A stretch of 32,000 nucleotides of DNA, taken from assembly GCF_009617975.1 (NCBI RefSeq), contig NZ_CP040089.1:540001-572000 (forward strand), in the 5' to 3' direction. Source of the stretch: Candidatus Nanohalobium constans (GTDB lineage: Archaea; Nanohalarchaeota; Nanosalinia; Nanosalinales; Nanosalinaceae). Shown in pieces: positions 25,141-31,974 of the stretch; the first letter of the stretch is position 1, and every line of letters starts with the position of its first letter. The translations under genes and the position numbers were made by a program. The notes beneath the pieces are model-generated. The model saw only the letters and a program-made list of their open reading frames with translations, made no database searches and was not told where the DNA came from.

Positions 25141-25798
25141 CAAGCATCTCCTTTACCTTTTCGACATGTGCCGCACCGAGGAAGGCTACAACATCGCCTT
25201 CATTATTTTTGTCTACTTCTTGAAGGGCTTCCACTATAAAACGATTTCTTTCCTCCATCAAGACTCGGTAAAGACCTGGGAACTCTTCTTGCATCTCTTC
25301 AACTAGTTCCTGTATCATCTCATCCTCAGGAATCTTCGAGACATCCAGTTTTTTCCCAAAACCTAGAAAACCAACTAAGACAGAGAAACCTGCTTTAACC
25401 TTCTCCTTTCTTCTTACATCACCCAGTCTCTGGATAGTAACACGGATATCCTGATCGACTAATGCAACATCACGACCTTCATCCAAAGCAGTTTCGTAGG
25501 CGTAAAGCATTTCCTCGCCTGGCATCACACCGGTTTTGGACCCGACCTTGTTCTGAAAGTATCTTATAAGCTGTGCAAACATCGGTCCTCCATCCTGATT
25601 CTCATCACTTAGAAGAGAATTGAGTCTTGGATGATCAAGCTCCAGTGCTACGACGCTTGGATCATGCTTCTCCAGTGCATCGTCTATAACTTTGAAGCTT
25701 TCCTCAGAAACATGGCTGGTACCGTACACATAGATCAAAACAGGATCACGAGTATTAGTTAGCTCCCAAAAGTTGTAAATCAAACTGCCCAACTCCAC
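25100..25798 (-). CDS. TraB/GumN-family protein
   Basis: VLIYVYGTSHVSEESFKVIDDALEKHDPSVVALELDHPR is the TraB N-terminal signature. The start is uncertain (GTG 25798, TTG 25792 or TTG 25738). The 300-aa ORF-track version adds a hydrophobic extension antisense to the PAP2 gene. Confidence 0.7.
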   Translation of the reverse strand: MELGSLIYNFWELTNTRDPVLIYVYGTSHVSEESFKVIDDALEKHDPSVVALELDHPRLNSLLSDENQDGGPMFAQLIRYFQNKVGSKTGVMPGEEMLYAYETALDEGRDVALVDQDIRVTIQRLGDVRRKEKVKAGFSVLVGFLGFGKKLDVSKIPEDEMIQELVEEMQEEFPGLYRVLMEERNRFIVEALQEVDKNNEGDVVAFLGAAHVEKVKEMLDEVDNQSTVEARF

Positions 25799-25821
25799 AT
25801 GTGATAAACGAAGCCGCACTG

Positions 25822-26313
25822 ATGCAGCAAACAGTGATTCTGCGCAACCCACTGCTGACAGAAATAATGCTGAGCATAACAGCACTAGGAAGCATAACCA
25901 TAGCCCTCCTAATAACCGGACTAATATACTCAGAAGGAGAGAAAAAATTAGGAGAAACGCTTCTAACAGGACTAATCCTTTCCAGCACCTTAACTTATTC
26001 AATCAAATACGCTGTAGCTCGATCAAGACCCGAAACAATGATGAGCAATCTGATAGCTTCAACTCCATCTTTCCCATCAGGACATACCACTGTAGCATTC
26101 ACACTAGCGGCAGTCCTAGGCAGCAGATTCAACAAAAAGGCTATGTACTCGCTCGCAGCATTGATAGCAATTTCAAGAGTCTATCTGGGAGCACACTACC
26201 CCAGCGACATCTTAGTAGGCGCCTTTATTGGTATAACATCTGGCAAAATTGTATTGAAAAGAAAACAGATTTATACGAAGTTATCGGAAACTATATCCTC
26301 TACTTTTTCCTGA
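25822..26313 (+). CDS. PAP2-family (type 2 phosphatidic acid / undecaprenyl-PP) phosphatase
   Basis: KYAVARSRP, PSGHT and SRVYLGAHYPSD are the three PAP2 motifs, within a membrane topology. Start ATG 25822 or GTG 25801. Confidence 0.8.
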   Translation: MQQTVILRNPLLTEIMLSITALGSITIALLITGLIYSEGEKKLGETLLTGLILSSTLTYSIKYAVARSRPETMMSNLIASTPSFPSGHTTVAFTLAAVLGSRFNKKAMYSLAALIAISRVYLGAHYPSDILVGAFIGITSGKIVLKRKQIYTKLSETISSTFS

Positions 26314-27115
26314 AGGATGCCATTTGAGGATACGACTTCGGTGCTGTCAGAGAATTTTGAATCTCGAATCCTGACTTCGCCACCAGCCTCTTCGATAATT
26401 AATTTCGCAGCTGCATAATCCCATTCATGTACTAGAGGAACAATCTGGAATTCAGCTTCTCCAGAAGCTACCCTGCACATTTCCAGGCACAGCTACCTAT
26501 GTTTCTGTGAACTGCATCTCTTCTAGCAAGTCGCTCTAGGATATCTAATTCTGCGTTTAATTCGTCTTCATATATGTCAAATGAGCTAAGGAAAAACAGT
26601 GAATCCTCTACAGAGTCATGCTCAGAGACAGAAATTCTTGTCAATTCATCCAATCCTGATTCGGTAGCGAAAGCGCCTTTACCCTTAACACCGAGATAAC
26701 TTTTCTCCAGCGAAGATTCTGGCGAATAAACGACACCTAAAACAGCTTCATGGTCGATTTTCAACGCGATAGAAACACAATAATGGTTAAAACCACGGTC
26801 AAAATTGAAGGTGCCATCCACAGGATCAATAACCCAGACACGATCCTCTTTTCCAGGAGCTAAATTGTCTTCCTCGCCTAGAAAACCATCGTCGGGAAAT
26901 TCTTCCGATATTACTTCTACAATTCTTTCTTGAGCCCTCTTGTCCGCCTCAGTAACCTTACTCCCATCCTCCTTACTTTCAGTTTGAAAACCATTTTCAG
27001 CAAAGCTATCGATTATCTTTCCTGCTTCTTCAGCAGCTCTAAAACCTACTTTCAGTCCCCTATAAAACTCGGACTCCCTCAAATTAACACTCATTTTAAT
27101 ACTCACTTCATGCAT
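26271..27115 (-). pseudogene. Inositol monophosphatase / FBPase-family gene split by a frameshift
   Basis: ORF 26468-27115 carries EADKRAQE, FLGEE and WVIDPVDGTFNF and ends ...HRNIGSCAWKCAG*. ORF 26271-26480 in another frame continues LCLEMCRVASGEAEFQI...HEWDYAAAKLIIEEAGG, the family's WD..A...EAGG C-terminus. The frames meet around 26488-26497. Confidence 0.8.
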
Positions 27116-27145
27116 ATTTTCTGATCTAAGTATTTTGAACTTTTC

Positions 27146-27466
27146 CTAAATCAGCTTTTCTAAAATCAGGAGCACGATTACCAGTAGTATAAATCCTATT
27201 GTCAAGACAAGATCCAGATTATGCTGTTTAACCGTGCTTATCCTGCTGTATTCAGCTTTATCTTCAAACTTAATATTTTCTCCGTTTTCTTCAAAATCTT
27301 CTTCAGGATCACCTTGCGGCATCGGCCCTGAGTATTCGCATTCGCTGCATCTCCAACTGTTGACATCACCGATACCTGCTATCGTCTTAGTTATAGTGGT
27401 ATCAGGTTCGACATCAGTACTTCCACAGTTAGGACAGAAACGCAGTTCTCCAGACATAGAAAACAT
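27146..27466 (-). CDS. Zinc-ribbon protein with C-terminal transmembrane anchor
   Basis: From ATG 27466: MFSMSGELRFCPNCGS...WRCSECEY (two CxxC pairs), an acidic linker, then the hydrophobic LVLTIGFILLVIVLLILEKLI. The longer ORF-track version runs into the SRP RNA gene. Confidence 0.65.
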   Translation of the reverse strand: MFSMSGELRFCPNCGSTDVEPDTTITKTIAGIGDVNSWRCSECEYSGPMPQGDPEEDFEENGENIKFEDKAEYSRISTVKQHNLDLVLTIGFILLVIVLLILEKLI

Positions 27467-27506
27467 GTTAGATGTCGAAATGTAAAAACAGAAAGGTAGA
27501 AAACCA

Positions 27507-27776
27507 GTGGGTTCCCAGGGGTGGACGACCTGAAAGGACTGAAGTCTCGGCGTGGTTTCGGATCCGCCACCCTTCGAACATGGCACAGACTGCTTAGAGC
27601 TGCTCCCGTCAGGGCCTGACCCGGTTCACAACCTGCGCCATCCCGAAGGACGGATCGTCAAACAACCAACGACCAGAGACCAGCGACCCCTTCAAGACCG
27701 CCGCCCCCATGGTTGACGGCTCACGGCATAACGAGGATTTCCGGAAAGAGGCGACCCCAAACCGCCCAACCTACCC
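27507..27776 (-). ncRNA. Signal recognition particle RNA (7S RNA); ends approximate
   Basis: A GC-rich island in AT-rich surroundings. The minus strand reads GGGUAGGUUGGGCGG...CCGGGUCAGGCCCUGACGGGAGCAGCUCUAAGC...CCCCUGGGAACCCAC. The GUCAGG...GGGAGCAGC block is the conserved helix-8 SRP54-binding motif, and the 5' GGGU can pair with the 3' ACCC. Confidence 0.85.
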
Positions 27777-27849
27777 ATGATGAGAATTTGAAGTTGGAAA
27801 GGTTAAAAACCAGATGGACTATTTCAGGGTTAAGTGCAAGTAGTAATCT

Positions 27850-28431
27850 ATGCCCCCATTTGAAGTAGAAAGGCTTAATCGCAGATTTGAAAAATTGGAC
27901 GAAATAGCAGCTCAAAATGTTGAGAAAAATTTACCGAACCAAGAACTCCTGAAAATGGAGAATGTAGAGGGTTCTGGGTTGCCAGCTGACACAGTTTCAC
28001 TCTATGAAGAAACTTATCTACTAACTTCTATGGGGTTAGCTTCTGCTTCAATGATTTTACAGGGAGTGCTTATGGAGAACCTATGTCATTCTATATACTT
28101 TCAAAATGAAGAGGAAAGATTCAAAGGAAACTTCAAGAAGTTAATTGAAGAATTAGAGGATGATTTAAAAGAGAAACATATTGACTTTCTGCAGGATTTG
28201 AGAAAATTTGAGAGAAATACGCGAGTACATTCGGATTGGGACGATATGAGAGATAAATTCACTGCACTCAAACCTATTTTTGACGGAATGACTGAAAAAG
28301 AACAGAGAGAATTTGGTGGAATAGCCTGGAGGCAACTAGATAAGGCTCAATTTGCAGATAGCTTCAGAAAATGCCATGAAATTGTAGAATTTTCCTTCGG
28401 AAAATTTTGGAATGTAGAGCCAGAGCAGTGA
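27850..28431 (+). CDS. Hypothetical alpha-helical protein with a HEPN-like Rx4H motif
   Basis: 193 aa, apparently all-helical. LQDLRKFERNTRVHSD contains R122-N-T-R-V-H127 (codons 28213-28230), the R-N-x3-H form of the HEPN RNase motif. No partner gene on the same strand. Confidence 0.45.
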   Translation: MPPFEVERLNRRFEKLDEIAAQNVEKNLPNQELLKMENVEGSGLPADTVSLYEETYLLTSMGLASASMILQGVLMENLCHSIYFQNEEERFKGNFKKLIEELEDDLKEKHIDFLQDLRKFERNTRVHSDWDDMRDKFTALKPIFDGMTEKEQREFGGIAWRQLDKAQFADSFRKCHEIVEFSFGKFWNVEPEQ

Positions 28432-28434
28432 ATA

Positions 28435-28617
28435 TTAGTTACCGATATTTCTTCTCTGGCCAACTTTCTCAAACACGAGAAGCCCAATCAAAACGACGAA
28501 GAGATAAACTATGGCAGAATACCCTTCTTCATTTAAAGCGTAAACTGAGAAACCTCCTCCTAAACCAGCAAGCCAGCTCCTAACCGATTCAAAATATCTA
28601 TCAGCTAAATCACTCAT
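28435..28617 (-). CDS. Small membrane protein
   Basis: 60 aa with a hydrophobic core (AIVYLFVVLIGLLVF). Its ATG overlaps the stop of the upstream MBL gene (ATGA at 28614-28617). Confidence 0.4.
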   Translation of the reverse strand: MSDLADRYFESVRSWLAGLGGGFSVYALNEEGYSAIVYLFVVLIGLLVFEKVGQRRNIGN

Positions 28618-29429
28618 AACTCTATTTCCATTCCTTTTTCAGCAACCTTAAATCCTCTTTCTTCTAGTTCGGCTCTTTCTTCCGAGTTTTCACGCAGCGC
28701 TGGATTCGTGTGGTTCAAATGGGTGAATATTACCTCTGTATCGGAGTCTTCGAGTTCGTCCATTGTGTCCGGCATCAGCGGGTGTGGTGGGTTGTCGGCG
28801 TATCTTCCGACTTCGTCGCTGTGGTAGAAGCAGCCTTCGATTATTGCGACATCGGCGTCCCTGATTCTTTCCAGTTCCCTGTCTGTCCATTCTTGGTAGA
28901 TGATCGGTGCGTAGTAGATTGTTTTGTTTTCTCCTTCTATGAGGTAGGAGAGTGTTCCTGTGTGTTCTGTTCTTTTGACTGTCTGGAAAGGCGTTACTTC
29001 GACTCCGTCCTGTAGGTCTTCTGTTTCTCCGTCCTCCATGTTCTGTACCTGGATATTACCCCGGTCTTTCAGGTATCGGTAAGGGTCGTTGTTGTCGAGA
29101 TAGTTTTCCATGAATTCGGGAGAATAGACCGGTATATTTTCTGCTTCGAGTGAGAATTCTCCAAGGTACAAGAGGCCGACTAGATGTGTGAAATGATTAT
29201 CGACTAGGAAGATTCCGTCAAATATTTTGCCTGTTGTCTGGAACCTGATGTCAGCTGAGGCACCGATCAAGTACTGAATCGAATCGTCGTTATCGTTTTC
29301 TTTGAGCAGAACTGAGTGACCGTATTTAATCTTGTCTCTGTCTTCACGGGCTGCGTCGCAGACACTGCAGTTGCAGCCGAGATGCGGTACCCCACCATCT
29401 TGAACATTACCTAGTATTTCGAGTTTCAA
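28614..29429 (-). CDS. PqqB-like metallo-beta-lactamase-fold protein
   Basis: TTG start. The N-terminus KLEILGNVQDGGVPHLGCNCSVCDAARED resembles the PqqB-type LG.GGG.PqwnC.C..C opening. A degenerate HxHxDH reads DNHFTHLVG. C-terminal FTHLNHTNP. Confidence 0.65.
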   Translation of the reverse strand: MKLEILGNVQDGGVPHLGCNCSVCDAAREDRDKIKYGHSVLLKENDNDDSIQYLIGASADIRFQTTGKIFDGIFLVDNHFTHLVGLLYLGEFSLEAENIPVYSPEFMENYLDNNDPYRYLKDRGNIQVQNMEDGETEDLQDGVEVTPFQTVKRTEHTGTLSYLIEGENKTIYYAPIIYQEWTDRELERIRDADVAIIEGCFYHSDEVGRYADNPPHPLMPDTMDELEDSDTEVIFTHLNHTNPALRENSEERAELEERGFKVAEKGMEIEL

Positions 29430-29530
29430 CTGTAAACCCTCCTCGTCCTATGCTGGTCCATGGTGAAGTGAATGATTTAAATCAGGTAGTTCTAGACCAC
29501 ACCAAAAAACCAGGTATGACAGCGACCTAG

Positions 29531-29538
29531 TTTAAAAC
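29531..29538 (+). promoter_or_regulatory. TATA-like box (TTTAAAAC) for tRNA-Cys
   Basis: An AT-rich element centred about 30 nt upstream of tRNA position 1 (29564). Confidence 0.35.
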
Positions 29539-29563
29539 TTCAACCACCACAATTCTTTCACAT

Positions 29564-29716
29564 GCCGGGATGACAGAGCGGCCTTATGTGACCGCCTGCA
29601 ACGACTGGTTGCGCTCAGGTCGACACGCAGAGAAAAGTCGATCAATGTAATCAGCATTGAATCCCAAAAAATTTCGCAGTAAGCGGTTTACCCGAGTTCA
29701 AATCTCGGTCCCGGCT
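29564..29716 (+). tRNA. tRNA-Cys (anticodon GCA) with an 80-nt intron at 37/38
   Basis: Folded by hand. Acceptor GCCGGGA/UCCCGGC; anticodon stem ACCGC/GCGGU; loop CU-GCA-A; T arm CCGAG-UUCAAAU-CUCGG; discriminator U29716, the Cys identity element. BHB: central helix CUGC (29596-29599)/GCAG (29676-29679), with bulges AAC (29600-29602) and UAA (29680-29682). Intron 29602-29681. Confidence 0.9.
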
Positions 29717-29792
29717 TATTTACCTTTCTAGGCTTAAATTTTCCAAAATCCGGGAAATCTGGTTTTTAATTGTAGGAGGTTCTTGTTTTGGC

Positions 29793-30284
29793 ATGACATC
29801 AGAAAGTAATACTTTCGCTTCATTTATTGACGAAGCACTTGAGGATGGAGAAGATCAAAGAGAATCTAGAAGTGCAGAGGAAGCTATAGACAATGCTATT
29901 GGAAATGAAAACACTGAATACAGCTCTGGCAACTTAGTTGGTAAAATAGACGATAGGTCGGGTATGACTGGCATTACAGATGCCAAATCCGAGTTATTGA
30001 AAGACAGGATTGAAAGGTTAAGTGATGAGGAAGATTTCTATAGTGTAACAGTTGATATTGAGGCTTTGGCTGATTCTGAGGGTGTGATACCTGAAGGAAA
30101 AGTCGATGAGATATATGATAAAGTTCACAGAATGCTGGAAGATTCTACTGCCGATGTAATTTACGCTGATGATGACTGGAAGACAATCGGAATAATAGGT
30201 AACACTAACGAGATCAGGGCTCATTATGGAAACCATCTAGACAGCGTAGAGATAGAAGAGGGCTTACCAGGATACAAACTGTAA
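29793..30284 (+). CDS. Hypothetical acidic protein
   Basis: 163-aa ORF with AGGAGG (29774-29779) upstream of the ATG. No motif recognised. Confidence 0.55.
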   Translation: MTSESNTFASFIDEALEDGEDQRESRSAEEAIDNAIGNENTEYSSGNLVGKIDDRSGMTGITDAKSELLKDRIERLSDEEDFYSVTVDIEALADSEGVIPEGKVDEIYDKVHRMLEDSTADVIYADDDWKTIGIIGNTNEIRAHYGNHLDSVEIEEGLPGYKL

Positions 30285-30323
30285 AGGGAAAAATGTTTGA
30301 AACCAGATAATCCTGACTAATAT

Positions 30324-31106
30324 ATGAGCCAAGATACAAAAGATGTCGTCCAAACAGTGATCAAATCAGACGGAGAATTCTTGATAGCTAAGCGTTCTAA
30401 AGATGATTACTGGGAGTTCATGGGTGGCAAAGTCAAAGAAGATGAAGACCTAGAAGAGGCTGCCATCCGTGAGATTAATGAGGAAACAAATCTCAGTTTG
30501 GAAGAAGAGGATTTGAAAAACTTCAGGCGCGGTGACGCATACAGAAGCAAAGATAACGAAAAGTACAGGTTGAATCCAGTCCACTTTCGAATAGATGAAG
30601 AAAAGAAAGATTCAATGACCGAGAAAGGTCTTTCAAACGAGCACACTGATTTTGAATGGATTGACTTAACCAAGTTTGATGAATATGATACTCTGGGCCA
30701 GTACAGAGCTTTAGAGCACTTAGGCGTTGTGAATGGTAGGGTTGCTTTGGCCGCAGTCAGAAAAGACGGAAAGTATTTGTTTGTGAAGCGGAGTCCTGAG
30801 AATTCTAGTGCTGGTAGATGGAGTTTTGTATCCGGAGGCATAGAGCCGGGAGAAAATCCAAAAGAAGCTGCCGTCCGAGAACTAAGAGAGGAGACCAGTT
30901 TAGATGCTGAACCAGTCGAGAAAGGAGAGTTCTTTATCGGTGAAGGTGAAAAAGGCTTCTGGAGGCTTGAACCTGTACTGATGGATCATGTTTCTGGCGA
31001 AGTTGATTTGAACTGGGAACTTTCCGAGTTTGAGTGGTTGGAAGCTGAGGAGATTTCAGATTTCAAAACACTTGGAGATAATAAAGCAGTTGAAAACTGG
31101 GCATAA
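30324..31106 (+). CDS. Tandem double-Nudix hydrolase
   Basis: Two complete Nudix boxes: GGKVKEDEDLEEAAIREINEETNL and SGGIEPGENPKEAAVRELREETSL. Confidence 0.85.
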   Translation: MSQDTKDVVQTVIKSDGEFLIAKRSKDDYWEFMGGKVKEDEDLEEAAIREINEETNLSLEEEDLKNFRRGDAYRSKDNEKYRLNPVHFRIDEEKKDSMTEKGLSNEHTDFEWIDLTKFDEYDTLGQYRALEHLGVVNGRVALAAVRKDGKYLFVKRSPENSSAGRWSFVSGGIEPGENPKEAAVRELREETSLDAEPVEKGEFFIGEGEKGFWRLEPVLMDHVSGEVDLNWELSEFEWLEAEEISDFKTLGDNKAVENWA

Positions 31107-31115
31107 TTTAGAGTT

Positions 31116-31508
31116 ATGGAATCGGATGAAGTCGCTGCAGCCATAGTATACAACCCGGAACTAGAGAAGTTTCTACTAGTCAAAAGGGCTGAGAATCGGG
31201 AAAGATTTCCAAATCACTGGGAGTTCCCATCCGGCTTCATCAAGGAAGGAGAAACCGTGGAAAACGCAGCACTCAGAGAACTTGAAGAAGAAACCGGTTT
31301 GAAAGGAGAGATAGTTCGAAGCGGCGAAAGCTTCCCTATAGAGATTCCCAAAGTACATGTACACCCAGTCCTAGTTAGAACAGATAGTGAGGATATAGAA
31401 TTGTCTAGAGAACATACAAATTTTCGATGGGTTGAGAGAAGCGATTTAGAAGTTCTGAAAACAGTACCTAAACTGAAGCAGGATTTAGAGAATGTAGGAG
31501 TTAAGTAA
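31116..31508 (+). CDS. Nudix hydrolase
   Basis: Nudix box PSGFIKEGETVENAALRELEEETGL. Lies 9 nt downstream of the double-Nudix gene. Confidence 0.85.
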   Translation: MESDEVAAAIVYNPELEKFLLVKRAENRERFPNHWEFPSGFIKEGETVENAALRELEEETGLKGEIVRSGESFPIEIPKVHVHPVLVRTDSEDIELSREHTNFRWVERSDLEVLKTVPKLKQDLENVGVK

Positions 31509-31529
31509 AGAGGAGAGTAGAAAAATAGT

Positions 31530-31641
31530 CAGGCAACGTCCTGATTGTCCCGCCGAAAGGCAGTACCGATCAGATCGATGGAAGACTTTACTACCGTGTT
31601 CGGAATGGGTACGGGTGTTGCCCTTCCTCTTTGGTCGCCTG
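31530..31641 (-). rRNA. 5S rRNA (ends within a few nt)
   Basis: The minus strand reads CAGGCGACCAAAGAGGAAGGGCAACACCCGUACCCAUUCCGAACACGGUAGUAAAGUCUUCCAUCGAUCUGAUCGGUACUGCCUUUCGGCGGGACAAUCAGGACGUUGCCUG. It holds the universal CCCAUUCCGAACACGG block, and helix I closes as CAGGCGAC/GUUGCCUG. Confidence 0.85.
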
Positions 31642-31728
31642 TAACCAAACATATACACCCTACTCTTATAAACCCTAAAGGAGAGGGAGGGCAGAAGACT
31701 TTTTATCAAAAGTCTCCAAAAAACCAAT

Positions 31729-31974
31729 ATGACCAATTTTCGTGGAAGCAGTGAAGGAGGATTTCTGAAAAAGTTCTTCGACAAGTCAGTGATCTTCGAC
31801 CTATTCGTCCTAGGAGTCCTGGCTTTGGATGCTTATCTGCTTCAGCAGACCGGTACTTTCTCCAGCTCTGGGATCACACAGTTCCCTCCGCAGAGCATTG
31901 AAATCCTGGCAGCCCAGTTGACAGCCTTGCTGATTGTGATGAAAGTTTTGAACGCATACATCGACAGTGAATAA
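31729..31974 (+). CDS. Small membrane protein (hypothetical)
   Basis: 81-aa ORF with two hydrophobic segments (VIFDLFVLGVLALDAYLL; AAQLTALLIVMKVL). Confidence 0.4.
   Translation: MTNFRGSSEGGFLKKFFDKSVIFDLFVLGVLALDAYLLQQTGTFSSSGITQFPPQSIEILAAQLTALLIVMKVLNAYIDSE

Noticed and set aside
27467-27915. ORFs overlapping the GC-rich block (the N-terminal extension of 27146-27586, and 27721-27915)
   Set aside because: The region is explained by the SRP RNA gene. The zinc-ribbon gene has a sensible internal start at 27466.
29602-29681. Box C/D guide in the tRNA-Cys intron, by analogy with tRNA-Trp
   Set aside because: There is no UGAUGA or CUGA-like box, and no extended complementarity to the exons beyond the BHB helix.
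31485-31784. ORFs 31485-31784 (-) and 31545-31754 (+)
   Set aside because: Both span the 5S rRNA gene and have no protein-like features.
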